A DNA stretch of 62,936 nucleotides, filler included, from Collodictyon triciliatum (taxonomy: Eukaryota): the NCBI GenBank assembly GCA_043381765.1. It is 8 parts of 8 records of this genome, joined end to end, with 100 filler letters (N's around TTAATTAATTAA, not from the genome) between each part and the next. Parts side by side here need not be neighbours in the genome. Positions count along the whole stretch, not along the records: positions 1 to 9,063 come from JBHJMP010003178.1; positions 9,164 to 18,227 come from JBHJMP010003179.1; positions 18,328 to 27,389 come from JBHJMP010003180.1; 5 more parts are not named here. One strand, 5' to 3'. How positions within the stretch are numbered: position 1 is the first letter of the stretch; the number at the start of each line of letters is the position of its first letter. A model generated the notes under the pieces. That model had not been told where the DNA came from. It did no database searches and saw only the letters and a program-made list of their open reading frames with translations. Shown piece after piece: positions 1-21,960 of the stretch. Made by a program: the position numbers and the translations under genes.

Positions 1-60
<60 letters not shown>

Positions 61-201
61 AACAAAAACAAAAAAAAGGGAAAAAAACAACGAAAAAAAC
101 AAAAACAACGAAAAAAAGAAAACAACACCATAGCCGAATAAAAAATATATTACCTCGCGATGGAAATGAAATATATGCAATACATAAAGGGGAAAAAAAA
201 G

Positions 202-675
202 CACCTCAGGTGGCGCTGCTCAGCTGAAGGCCTCCGTGGTACGAGCCGAAAGAGCCCTTCCCACACAACTCTGCGCTCCCTACGCCCTTGGTTCTGACAG
301 GTCAATGCATCTCTCCACACGCGCCCAAGTCGCTCCGACCGAGACTCGGTTCTGTCAACATGTCCTAAGAAATCGCATTCGACTCCGCGATCCTCTGATC
401 GAGCTTGACAAGACCAAGTCCGGGTTTCTTCCGTACGCGCAGTTTCGTCGCTATTTGAGTCTCTGCTCATTCAACATCGCCGACGCAGATTTTTATGGGC
501 TATGTCTCAAGTATGACGACAAAAAAAGCGGACTGGTTAACTACTCCAAGTTTCTTGAAGGGTGCCAGCTTATCGGTTTGTACATGTTTATGCTTACATA
601 CATTTACACAATAATAAGTTTCAATTTTGTTTTTCATTTTAAGCATGCCATGGTCATTATGGCCTTGGTTATGTT

Positions 676-771
<96 letters not shown>

Positions 772-3700
772 TCGTTTTTTGTTGAGTGTATATGCGACGG
801 GCGTTGTAAGCAGAATTAAAAAAAATAGTTGAAGTCAACTTGATTTGCCTGCTGACGTGCTGAGGTCAATTTATATTTAGAAACCGAAAACAGTTCCGAC
901 CATGTTACTAGAAGTCTCCTCCCTTCAAAAATAGGTTCATGCAAATAGATTGCAACTTCCTCATTTTTTTCACCCTTTTTTATATCATATGTGAAAAATT
1001 TAAACATACAACATATGTACATTTTGAATCGAATAAAGGGAAAAAAAAACATACAACAGATGTTCAAAATAATATTGATATACATAATCCGAATTTTTAT
1101 TTTTACAAAGCATATAAATAAATCATAAATCAAATAATATATCATTAATTAACCCCATTGTTTCCCTTGCAGATGGATCTCGTCCATCGTCAGATTCCAG
1201 TGATTTTGACTATGACGCTGTTATTGCGACAATGAAACAACATGCTGCAACATACCATATCCCATTAAAGTGGGTTTCGTTCAATTGACATTTCTTTTCA
1301 ACCTGCTTGTACCTTGTTAGAACGTATCCACATACCTATATTTTATGAAAGATAACCTCATGAGGAATGCATCCGCAAATAAATTATGATAGATGCTGAT
1401 AGAAATTTCAGTCTACCAAAAGTACTTTAAAATATCTCACTTTATCTAAAAACTGAAAATAGATCAGCATTTGTCGATTTTGATAGAGCTCATTCAGGTC
1501 ACATTACTATTGATCAGTTTCGTCGAGTTTTAGATAGGTACCTTTTTCAATTAATACGAATTCATCGCATAAACTTTCTAGACACACTTTTCCTTTCTAT
1601 ATTTTCTTTTCATTTTCCGTTTTCATGCGTTTTTGTTTTTGTTTTTGTTTTTGTTTTTGTTTTTGTTTTTGTTTTTGTTTTTGTTTTTGTTTTTGTTTTT
1701 GTTTTTGATCCTTTCTTTCTTGCAATCATGTTCATCGTTTTCTCTCTCTTATCTTGCTAGTACTTTCCCCTCAAACATTTACGGAATTATTTAGTTTCAA
1801 GTTTCACATAAATGATCATGACTTCAATGGAATAGTGAAAAGGTTTTTCTATCTCCACACACTCTCTCCTTATGAAATATTATGAGCTTTTTCTGATGAA
1901 CATACTTTGAATGGTAGTTATGAGATTAGAAATATTATTAACATGATCAACCTCGCTACACTTTGAATCGAACAAAGGAATTTTTTTTTTATTAACATGA
2001 TCAAATTTAGCTGATAAGATGAAATCATTAAAGAGCATCGACATGATTCATGCACAACTTAAAAATCAAAAAATTGATAGATTTCGGCACAAATATTTTC
2101 CCAGGCGGTTGACTTGGACTGAGTTTTGCTCTGATGTCGAAGCTGGTGCCGAAATATCTCATCTATAATTGATAATATATCGCTAATATATATGTTACAC
2201 AGCCAGTATCATCTTTTGTAAGCTAATCTTATTACAAATAAAGCATTTGGGCCACAAGACTTATCTAGGACCCCAACCAGTTCAGTAAGCTCAAAGAGTA
2301 TTCGGAACGAAACAAGAAAACCTACATACATCCCGAATTCTGCTGAGCGATTGGTTATCAAACATCTGGCTGAAAAGATGAGAGTAGAACATATCGATAT
2401 AAAGCCACACTTTAGAGATTACGACAGACTAAATGAAGGGAAAGTTACCATCGAGCAATTTGTTCGGGTAAATGAACTCCATTTAGTTCGCCTACTTATA
2501 TGATACTATGAGAATTAGATAATTATCATACATGCTTTCTGATGAGACATCCATCCAATTTTTCATATAATCAGGCGATGGATGTCTCTAACGCTGCTCT
2601 AAGTGAAGAAGATTCTAGAATACTCACCAAAGTTTATGGATATTCCGAGAATGGGAGGGAAATGATTGCATACAACCAGCTGATATCTGATTTGCAGAAG
2701 CAAAGTAAGCATAATGAGTCCCAAATTTTTCTCACTTTAACGTTTATATCCTGTCGACTTGAAAACGATTTACATTTGAATCTCACACTTGTGAAAAATC
2801 GTAGTGAAACCTAAAATTTCAAGCACAAAAGAATATGTCGAAGACCTTCTAAAAGTTGCCTTGAGCGCAGTACCCAAGAGGGAGGCTGTCCTGGTATTGT
2901 CTATTCATTTATTTGAATTCAGCTTTATTTTAAATACTCAACGTAAAGACGGTGTCTTATATTACATTTCATACTAGAAACTACATCGTATTCAACATTA
3001 TAGAGTCTTTCATTCCCTATTTTCCTATCTTTCTTCTGTTTTCTATTTTTTTTTAATACTCCACCTTTCAGTCTAACTGCCCTCTCAAAAAAAAAAAAAA
3101 AAGGCATTTCAAGCTTTTGACCAGGATGGTAGTGGCCTGATACTAGAAAGTAGATTCCGGCAAGTTTTGGATAGATTTAGTCCTAATCTAAGTCCTGAGG
3201 TAAGAATATATTTGTGACATACCAAACCATCTGGACGTGTGGATAATTTCATTTCATTTTTTGGATTGCTTGACAGACTGATTCAATATGTGATAGGATT
3301 ATGATTGCATAATCGAAAATTACGACCTGGTTAATGAAGAATTTGTGAACTATCGAGATTTTCTGGACCGATTGTTCTCTATTTCTGTGAGTATCGATTG
3401 ACTTAGTCTCCTATCTCCAGATTTTTTAAACAGTTGTAACATATTGAGCAGTGTAAAGTTCATGATGTATTGTTTCATGAAACTATTGTATTTTAATTAA
3501 GAAACCTAAATGATAGTATAATAATTTAGATCGATACATCTACAGAGAAATCAAAATACTCTGCCTCTAAGTCACATGTAAAATGTCATTTATTGAATGC
3601 GAAAACCCAAAAGTTTTTCATAAATACTTAATCATGCGCAATTAATAGCTTTTCTTATATAGATTATATTAAAATATACTAAGTTGTAAGCTGAATGATA

Positions 3701-6700
3701 AACCATTTTATTTTAAATTTCAAAGATATAGTTTTGTCACTGAAATCAACAAAATGTTTTTGCAGCCCATTGAGGAAGTGGAAGATGAAAACGAAGACCT
3801 GAAGCGTGTGGTTGCTAAAATTCAGCTATTTGTTACGGAATCAAAAGTTCGAATTCATGAATTCTTCCGTGATTATGATAGGCTTCGTTCCGGAATAATG
3901 ACAGAGGCGCAGTGCCGTCGAGCATTAAATCTAAGTGGAAACAAGGTACCTGCATTCAAATACGAAAATAAGAAAATATCAGAAAATCAAAACATTTACT
4001 TGTTTTTTTTTCCCACTATAACACTTCGAGACCACACAATCTCCTTAATGCTACACACTATAGTATTCTTTATATACAGAATTACATTCGAATTAGTATT
4101 AATCACAATGATTTGTATCATATTTTCCCTACAGCTGACCGAGAATGAGATTCTGATTATCCTTCATGAATATCGAGGAAAAGCTCCTAATAGTTTCTTA
4201 TGGAGTAGATTTTGTGACGACATTGACAGCGGTACTTATTCTCTCCTGGAAAATCATTTGGAAAACGATACGTACCTTTCGTTTCTATCTTAATAATTAA
4301 TATATTTTATTGACTGGTTCTGCACAGTGTTCACGGTGAAAAATCTGGAGAAAACAGCACGTCCAACGCTTAACTGGAATCGAACAGACCTGAAGTACCG
4401 TTCATCCACACAGGCCAGACAGCCTGCTGTGATTGACATTGTTCGTTCAGTGTTGAACAGATTACAGGAGATTATTTCGAGGCAGCGAATCCTCCCGGCT
4501 CCTCCTTTTCAAGTTGCTTAAAAAAATAAAAAAAATTTTGTCGAATATTTATATTGGGATTTTTTTTAATCTGAAATGCCTGTGAAAGTGTTTCTTTTCT
4601 TATATGCAAGGTCAATTAAATTCAAATACAAATGTCCAAAAAAAATAGGACTTCGATCGCCTTCGATCAGGACGAGTCACGGTCACCCAGTTCCAACAAT
4701 GCCTAGCTGTTCTTGGATTATCTATTAAAGAAGTAATTTTCGCTGAGATCATAAAGTCCCTGAAGACTTCCCACAACAGTATTATTGTATATCACATAAT
4801 TTTTCGATTCCCTATTCACATAAACAAAAGGTCGAAATCAAGGCTTTAGTATCAAAATATGGGTCTGAACTGGATGGATTAGTGATAATGAAGTATCGTG
4901 AATTCTTGGATGATTTGAAAGCATCAGGTTTGTTATACAAAAGTATGAATTTTATACAGAAGGCGAATGACCAATCTATGTTATTGAAGCTGTGCAATCC
5001 TCCATTTTTTTGAACTCGAGAATGAACATCTTGTGAGCAAGTGAATATTTTTGCTTGTAGATAAACATGCTTCAGATATTGCCCATATGAATAAACTGGA
5101 ACAGGTATTGATAAATACGATTAATTTTTTAAAATGGAGTAATAATTAATTCGAAGATTTCGTGATTCTCAACCCTCTATGTATTGTGATATTTCTTAGT
5201 GTGGGTTGTAATAGTGTATCACTCTATAAGGTTCTGAGGGAAAAAATTCTGCAAAATGTGGGAGGAAGTGGCCATCTCAGAAAAGCATTTCGTTACTTCG
5301 ACCGTGACATGACAGGGCAAATCACTGAAACACAATTTGGAAATGTGTGTAGGCAGCTCGGACTTAATTTGACCGAAGAGGTACATCGAAAATTAATCTC
5401 AAATCTAATTATTTCTTAAAGTATATTCATAAGTAACTTCTTGATCAAAGTTGAATTGATTCACATCATATAACCATTTATAGATTTGGCGTTAACACTT
5501 TTTCTTCTTTTATCTTTTTTTGTAACTAACACCAAATCAATTCTAGGAACTGAAAGGATTGATGGCTAGATATGACATCGACCAAGATGGCACGATAGAT
5601 TACTTGGAATTCATTGATAGATTAATGCCTCGGGTAAATCAGTCTATAGTAGATATTTTCCCGTTTTTTTTTTCAAAAAAAGTGCCCATGAAGAGATTCA
5701 GGAAAATCATACAAGCAGCATATTTAGAAACATTGAAATACCATTTTATTTTTTGCATATAGGATTACGGTGTCGAGAAGGGTCCATCTTTCAGTATATT
5801 GAAACAGACAGATACCCCTGCGTTTGTTCCAAAAAAGGTGATATACAAAAGAAACGTTCAGATTTTGTATTCCATCTCCTCATATATTGCTAACTCCTAA
5901 CTATTGGCGCGGTATGCAATAGATGCACTTTGCTACAACTGATGTCAGCCTTCTTTTCCCAAAGTTAAAAGCTCATGTGATTGAAAAAAATGTGCGGTTG
6001 CAAGACTTCTTTAGTGATTTTGACCTGCATAAACGAGGCTCTATCAGTGTCGACCAATTTAAACGAGGATTATCACGTGCTGGCTTCCGTCTAGAGGAGG
6101 AAGAGGTCTTACCATTTTCCATAGATTTCCTTTTATTATAAAAATGTTCTTTCGAAATATTTTATTGGTTGAAAGTCATGTCGATTATAAACCAAAGTTC
6201 TTTCTATTGGCATATCCAGATAATGAAACTTGTTGATAATTACAAAACAAAATCCCCTGACCTTATAAAGTGGACAAAATTCGTGGACGATATATGCTCA
6301 GGTTTAACAAAATGTTAAAATAATCTTTAATCGAATCACATTTATCAAGAAAATTACATGGAATAAAACGAGGGATTATAGATATTTTACAACTTAACAT
6401 AAGTAAATTTCCCAACGAAAAAAAAAAAAAACATTCCTTAATCTTGTGTAACAACTGTGCTGCACACATAAATACTAGCAATTATCCCATTGAACCTCGA
6501 GCGGAATCCATCTCAGGATGTTCAGCACCTTCGACCCAGAGTACATGCTCATCCAAATAGAATTTTTATCTGCGTATAAAATGACCAAACCATCAAAGTT
6601 CGCTGCTGATGTGACATGATTACATATTTGTTAATATTTAATAGTAACTTGAATGATTTGCCATGTGACATACCCTTTGTTATTATAGGACCTCATTATA

Positions 6701-8906
6701 GAGTCGATGGGTGGGACAATCTCTGATGCTTTAGCGAAGGAAATTAAAGTTATACTCAGGGGAATCGCTGACCAGGTGATCTATAAATTTTTCTATAAGT
6801 TTTTCTAATTTATTAATGTAGAATGCTAACTTACTCTTTTCTTTTTTAGGTTCTCTCAAGAAGAATTCTGACACATATGAATGAGTTATTCCATGACTAT
6901 GATGTCCATCACTATCGCCAAATCAAAGCTGAAAACTTTTCGAAAGTACTATCTTTCCAAAAAAAAAAATAATAATGAAGTTATACAATATGAATAGAAA
7001 GGGTGAGACTATATATACAAAATATGAAAAACTTATTCATGTATCTCTTAAACCGTCCATCGGGGACATGTACGAATTTCAGGTAATGAAGATTTTAAAT
7101 ATCGAGCTGTCGCAGAGGCAAATTCAACACTTGCAAGCGCAATACGCTGAAGAAGTAGATGGAGCTTTGTTAATTAGATATGCAGACTTCCTCATAGATT
7201 TGAAGGAAGCATGTCAGTAGTGGTTTTTCCTTATTATTTTTTTTTTGTTGTTGTTGTTGTTTTTGTTGTTTTTTTTTGTTGTTGTTGTTTTGTTGTTTTG
7301 TTGTTTTTCTTTTGTCTTTTGTCTTTTGTCTTTTGTCTTTTGTCTTTTGTCTTTTGTCTTTTGTCTTTTTTTTTGTTTTTGTTGTTTTTGTTATTTTGTT
7401 GTTTTTCTTTTTTGTTTTTTTTAAAAGAAGCAGAAACACCATCCCTATATACTGCTCCATGATATTATTCAGACACACGAATGGATATCGTGTTTTCCCT
7501 GTTTCACATGGTGTTTAAATTTACTGTATATAGACCTGCTTATAATGTATTTATTAGGTAATCCTCCACCGGACAATCCTCGTGTTATGCAGATTATCAG
7601 CCAGGTACATTTATATGTCATTTATTTTCTTTTTTTTCTCACTATTATTTTCGAAGATATACTAAAAAATTACTTTTTTTAAAAAATTTCGAATCAATAA
7701 TAGTTGAGGGAAAAGATTGCCCAGAGGATATCAGGCGGTACATTTGAAATACGACGTGCATTTCGTTGCTTTGATAAGGACGGTAGTGGACAAATTACTG
7801 CGACTGAGTTCAAAGAAGTGCTCGAGCAATATAATATATACGTGTCTGACCTGGTAAGCTTTAATTTATTCTTGTCCCTTTGCCATATCCCTAGAATAAT
7901 TTTGATGCATACTCTATATACCAATGAAAGACCTCGGATTCTGAAATCGTTATAATCAATTCCAGGACCTGAGTGACCTAATGAAGTATATTGATAGCGA
8001 GGGTTATGGTTTCGTCGGATTCAATGATTTTATCGACAAGTGCCTACCAAAAGTTCTTTTTTATATCTCTTCAAACAATTTTTTTTTAAAAAAAAACGAC
8101 CTATAAAGCATTTCTTTCAGATAAAAAGCACGTTCTAGGACTAGCTATAAAGCAAGCATGTTGTATTGACTACTGCTTGATATTGAATCTTTGCATAGGA
8201 CTATGGAGTTGGTCAGATAGTGGTCGAACCTGCGAGAACAGCTCAAGAAATGTCACCCTCTGTAATTTTCCCTTTATCCTAACGTTAAAGCAAAACTTTT
8301 GAGACATGTCAAAAGGGATTTTCCTTATTATCCTTTGTGTAACCAGTTTTTGTCCTAATTACACAGACACTCAGGGCCAAAGACCACAAAGCGCAAGTTT
8401 CTATAGATTATTTACTGGAAAGGATTCGAGTTTACGTGGCCAAAAACCGAATCAGGTGTGCGCTCATGTCCGACGCGGGTTTAAACATACGAATTTTGAC
8501 TCCAAATCTTTTGAGAGCAATTTAATTTAAGTAATAACGCACCCATAGACTCTCTGAATTTCTTCGAGATGGAGATAAGTTTAACATGGGCCGTTTAACT
8601 CACGACCAATTCCATCGAGCACTTTCAGCAGCTGGGGTACAAGTAAACGCCTTGTAAGTCGGTTTCAGATTTTTGTAATCAAAATGCTACGATGAACCAA
8701 GTCGCAAACGAAAGAAGTGGAAAGTAGTTCGCTCGAAAGAAAGTATGAAAAATCTAACAACATCAGACTCAAACTTCAATCCATTTGATTTTATTTCTCT
8801 TTTCTTCCGTATCACAGGGAACTAGAAGCTCTGATAGCAAAGTTTCCCCATGCAAAGCACAATGGGTTCGTTGATTGGCAAAGCTTTGAACACTCAATCG
8901 AAAATG
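202..8906 (+). CDS. Large multi-EF-hand protein (EFCAB6/axonemal EF-hand-like), many exons, 5'- and 3'-partial
   Basis: Spliced exons give repeated paired EF-hand modules: KSAFVDFDRAHSGHITIDQFRR, EFFRDYDRLRSGIMTEAQCRRAL, LRKAFRYFDRDMTGQITETQF, YDIDQDGTIDYLEF, DFFSDFDLHKRGSISVDQF, IRRAFRCFDKDGSGQITATEF. GT-AG phases are consistent where I checked (exons near 202-575, 881-934, 1173-1269, 1464-1537). The gene runs into contig ends on both sides. Confidence 0.8.
674..772. repeat. (TTTC)n microsatellite in intron
   Basis: Direct inspection. Confidence 0.95.
1019..1046 (+). mobile_element. Family-1 micro retro-insertion (5'-truncated non-LTR/SINE 3' end)
   Basis: ACATTTTGAATCGAATAAAGGGAAAAAA flanked by a 17-bp direct repeat AAACATACAACA(T/G)ATGT (1002-1018 / 1047-1063). 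Confidence 0.75.
1630..1707. repeat. (TTTTTG)n microsatellite in intron
   Basis: Direct inspection. Confidence 0.95.
1951..1988 (+). mobile_element. Family-1 micro retro-insertion
   Basis: CCTCGCTACACTTTGAATCGAACAAAGGAA followed by a T-run, flanked by a perfect 16-bp direct repeat TTATTAACATGATCAA (1935-1950 / 1989-2004). Confidence 0.8.
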
Positions 8907-8988
8907 GTATGTTTTTTCCTCTGAGATAATAGTTCATGTTTGCTATCTCGAAAGGATATGATAAAATTGAGCCCCGCAGCATTATCTT

Positions 8989-9059
<71 letters not shown>

Positions 9060-9063
9060 TTTT

Positions 9064-9163
9064 NNNNNNNNNNNNNNNNNNNNNNNNNNNNNNNNNNNNN
9101 NNNNNNNTTAATTAATTAANNNNNNNNNNNNNNNNNNNNNNNNNNNNNNNNNNNNNNNNNNNN
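9064..9163. other. Artificial contig linker (N44-TTAATTAATTAA-N44)
   Basis: Six-frame-stop linker. Identical copies at 18228-18327, 27390-27489, 36552-36651, 45712-45811, 54861-54960 and 61683-61782. Confidence 0.98.
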
Positions 9164-9732
9164 TGTTTTTTTTGTTTTTTTGTTTTTTTGTTTTTTTGTT
9201 TTTTGTTTTTTGTTTTTTATCTGTGTTTTAGAGCTGTTAGCGCGCCGTCCGTGTGGGCATGGCCAAGACTTTTCTCTATTCACGATTTCTCTGCCTCGGC
9301 CGAAAAATAAAAGGTAAAAAGGACAGCAACATTCAGTAAAATTGAATATATAAAGATTACATAATTTTCGATTAATTTCAATCATTGTACAAAAAAAGAC
9401 ATTACAATCGAAGGTGTGAACGGATCTTTATTCTAATCTGGAATTAATATTTCATTCTTTGGTGTTGCAATCAACTGATACAGACAAGGCATGTGAAACC
9501 CGAAAGTGGCCATTTGCCAGACATATTCTCTATTTCAGCGCGCAAAAGAAAAAAAGTTTGATGACTGCAGGGAGATATACCACTGATATTCTGGAAAAGA
9601 TAAGCCTTATGAACAGAACCTCATCCGCTTTATTCTTATCTCGTTACTCTCAGAGTATTGTCTGTCGGGACTATCCTTTTATTTTTACCTCAGTTTGCGA
9701 GGGGTTTGAGGCTTGTTCTCTGCCAAAGTCTT

Positions 9733-18030
<8,298 letters not shown>

Positions 18031-18128
18031 CTATGCTTTTTGTGAAGTTAGCTGCATGAGGAGTTGTCCAAGAAACAACTTCCAGGTTGGTGGGTTTGAA
18101 TCAATAAAATGTGTTACTTTTCCATGTT

Positions 18129-18227
<99 letters not shown>

Positions 18228-18436
18228 NNNNNNNNNNNNNNNNNNNNNNNNNNNNNNNNNNNNNNNNNNNNTTAATTAATTAANNNNNNNNNNNNNNNNN
18301 NNNNNNNNNNNNNNNNNNNNNNNNNNNCGTTGTTTCAGTGGCTTTTCTCTTGGTATTCGGTCTGGTGGGGGGGGTGGGGGGGGGTTGAAGCTCTTGAAGT
18401 ATTGTTTTATAGCTACACAGGTAATCTAAACTCAAA

Positions 18437-19906
18437 CCTCGAACAGGTGCACCGTCCATGATTTCAAACTTTGTAATGGTCTCGCTTTCATTATAGATGT
18501 TTGCCCCTATAGAGCATACCAGTAAGAAAGGAGACACAGATAAGAGGCTATATACAGTACATTCTCTGAATTAATTAGTGCATTCGTCTTATTGGCCATA
18601 AGATCAAACCTGATCCAGTTGATTCGCGTTTGATAATAGCAACCTCCATGTGCTTAATTTTCACACGAACAAGAAGGAAGTATACTTTCCCGATTACAGC
18701 GTCTTTCAGGTGATACCTACACGTGTATTAGTTGCTTGTGAGCAATCTAATGCCATATTATATTTTCAATTTGTAAAGCTAACCATGTATTAATAATTAA
18801 GGGCAAAAAGAATAACGGGAAAAATAAGCTATCGGGCAACTACGATACGACTCACTTGGACTTGTTGTACTCAAATTCAATATGCAAGCAATCTTCAATA
18901 CCGACTTCCATTTTAATGCTATTATTGATTTCTGGTTCTGAAGCAGTGAGCTGTACCCAAAAATCTTGTTCTTTGACAACATTGGTAGCATACTGCCGAG
19001 ACACAGTGACACGGAGAAAATATCTGTGATTGGAAAAAGAAACAAAACATATTCAAGGGAATTTTTCTTATTCGATTCAAAGTGCAGCGAGGAAGTCAAA
19101 ATGAAACACAAAGGAAAAAAAAGAAGAGAGTTTTATTTTAAATTATACCTGAGGCGAACGTTGATTCCATTGTATGACTCGTGGTTCTTCTCTACCGAGG
19201 CAAACTCAAAGGGAAATACCTTATTCTCACTCAAAATGCCCGGTGGGGCGAGTTCACGAAGGGTGGAGGCAAATTCATATTGATTTCCGCGATCATAAAA
19301 GAGTTCTATTCCACCAATCACAAGAAGGAAAAGAGAGAAGAAATAATGTGGCTTTAAGTGCCTATTCTTTCACATACCAGCCAACACTTAACGTAAATGG
19401 AAAAAAAAAAGTCAATTATGAAATGCTTCAGGAGAGTATCTATGGCAGAAAACGTGAGAGAAAGAAGTCATACCAATCTGCCCGACAAGCTCGAGACGAA
19501 TACCCAAGTGCTCCAGCTTCTTCCCAGAACTCGGAGTAATAATTACACGACCGCTGACTGTGTCGTTAGAGTGGTATAGGGGAAGTCGTTCTGAGCCGCC
19601 TTCTTTTTGGACTTCCACGTGGGGGCGGGGCGATCCATCGGAGCGCGGGTCAAACTCGAAGGAAATCTTGTGGGAACTTCCAAAACCAAAGAGCGACTAT
19701 GGTATACAAACTTGAGTTTAGAGCCAGTCACTCCAAGGCTGAAAGGATCTTGCAAAAAGGAAAAGAAAAAAGAAAAAAAGAGAGGAAAAAAGAAAAAAGA
19801 AAAGAAAAAAGGAGAGGTATCCGACAGTCAAAACTTCAGGAGTTTATGATGTAAGAAAGGTTTCATAAATGGCAAGGGATAGTGATCGGGTTTCTCTGCA
19901 AACCAT
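18437..19906 (-). CDS. VPS26: Vacuolar protein sorting 26 (retromer), 3'-partial
   Basis: SLFGFG..., KKLEHLGIRLELVGQI, ELFYDRGNQYEF...RELAPPG, FEFASVEKNHESYNGINVRLRY, IKMEVGIEDCLHIEFEYNK, ESETITKFEIMDGAPVRG. The start is probably an ATG-only coding exon (ATG|GT at 19906-19904, tentative). Truncated by the contig end. Confidence 0.95.
19061..19092 (-). mobile_element. Family-1 micro element, diverged copy in a VPS26 intron
   Basis: Reverse complement CCTCGCTGCACTTTGAATCGAATAAGAAAAAT matches the family core; no clear TSD. Confidence 0.65.
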
Positions 19907-21960
19907 GACTCAAATAGTCCTTCTTGAAAGTAAAGAGGTTTTCGTGAAGGTGCCCTGTGTGCAAAGTCACCACGCCAGGCGGATCTGAAAATAATGGAAG
20001 TCGAGAGGAGGTTAGGGATGAGAAAAAAAAAAGGAATATGTTTGATACTAAGGCGCAAAACACAAAACCCTGGCTCAACAAGCTATGCATCGCAGTGCAA
20101 GTTGTCAGAGTATTTCCTGAGGATGACAGAGTGCAGATTCCCTTCCTGTGTTGCCAGTGGCACTCTTTGGCCTTGGCCATAGACTGTCATCATGGTTCGG
20201 TGCTTATACTCTGGAGTGATCAGTTTTTTTCGAGACTTTTGCAAAGAGCCGGCAAATGACAGATCACAGACCCACGAACGTCACCAAGGGAATAATTTTG
20301 TGAGGAAGATGGCGAGAGGATGCCTTTTCCCTCCCATCCTGGTGGGTGCGCATCAGCGAGCCAACCTTTCTGCACATCCTTCGGGTGTGACCATTTGCCT
20401 TTCTCCTTCTCGGAATTCTCCCTTGCAGACTCCTCGTTCGGATTTGAGCGGTTGGCGTCGATACCACAGAAGCTTTACAAAAAAAATTAATTCGCAAGCA
20501 AAAGGTAAATCATATGATTTCAATCGCCATACTAAAAGGTAAATCAAATATGGAATTTATTTTAAAAATATACTGTTTGAATCGTCTAGATAGATGAAGT
20601 TATCTTATAAAATAAATTTGTTTGGTGCACATATAAAGTAGTAAAGAACTGGCTGTTTCTTCGACCAGGGTTGGGTAAGAGGACACAGATAACATCTTTG
20701 TAACGGGATGGGTTCCCTGTGGGTTGATAGTTGAGTATTTTCGGCACACGGTATTCGTAGATGATGTGCTTTTATTCCTTTTTCACGCACAAGACCTTGA
20801 GCAAGCAGAGCACTCAAGATTTGTAAGATAGGGCCATCATTTGAAGCGAATGAATGAGAAAGACAACACACGTAGATACTTCAAGTGTTATCATCATCCG
20901 ATGAAGCATTGGCATCGACCAGTTTTGTGGAAAAGACTTTACTATCGAGCAAGGAACGATATAATATAATAATATAGGATAAAAACGGTGGGCCAGCGCC
21001 CCATGAAGTCACCAGGCTGGGGGTATTGTCAAATCGGTGGACTAAGTAAGAAGTCTAGCCCAGCCTTTCCATTCGGAGGGTGGATGCACCCATGATGGCA
21101 AAACTCATACACAGACAACATAGAAATATCCTGAAAACGAAAAGAAAACGAAAGGCCCTTTGAGAAACGCATTTTCCAAGCTAAGGAATCTTCCACGCAG
21201 TTTTTTTTAAAAAGGAAAGAAAAAAAAAAAAGGAAAGATGATACAAACGCAGATAGTATGGCTGCATATGCGCTCAGTACAATCACAGGAAACGGACGAG
21301 TAAGTATCCTAATGGCAAACGACAGGTAAAGGACATGAAAATAACAGAGTTTCATGGCTCACATCCGAAAGCAAAACAACGGCAAGGATTCATATCACGA
21401 AAGAAACAGACGAATAGAAAATGCATCGACAAAATGCCGAATCATACGCCAGCTCTGGGATTATCCACCCATCAACAAGCTGCTTGCGTACGTTAAGGAT
21501 GAATAAGGTTGGCTAAGCTACGCAGATGTATGAGTTGCTCAAACACTGAATAAACACCAATCTATGGAGTTCACCTAATCCAAACTTTGAATCATAACAG
21601 TGAAAAGCACAAGAGCTAACAAAGTGTATTTGCGTTTATATCACCTCCTTTCCTCCGACCCCCTGTCATTACTTCCACACTTCCCAAAAATATGGCTATT
21701 GGTGCGGGATAATTCACAACACAGAGCCATCGGCAGAACAGCAAAGTTTTTTTTATTTTCTTTATGTGTGGACTCAGGAAGGCCTTTTCAGCAAAGGCAG
21801 ACATTAAGGGAGACTTGATACGAAAGCGACGCAACCACTTGATTTTTTTGTCGGTAGCATAACTTATAACGTGAATGTCATCCGGAAGCATAACCACGCG
21901 AAACTGTCCATGCTCAGCTATCTGACAGCCTTACTAATCAACTCGCAACTCTTTTCAGGC

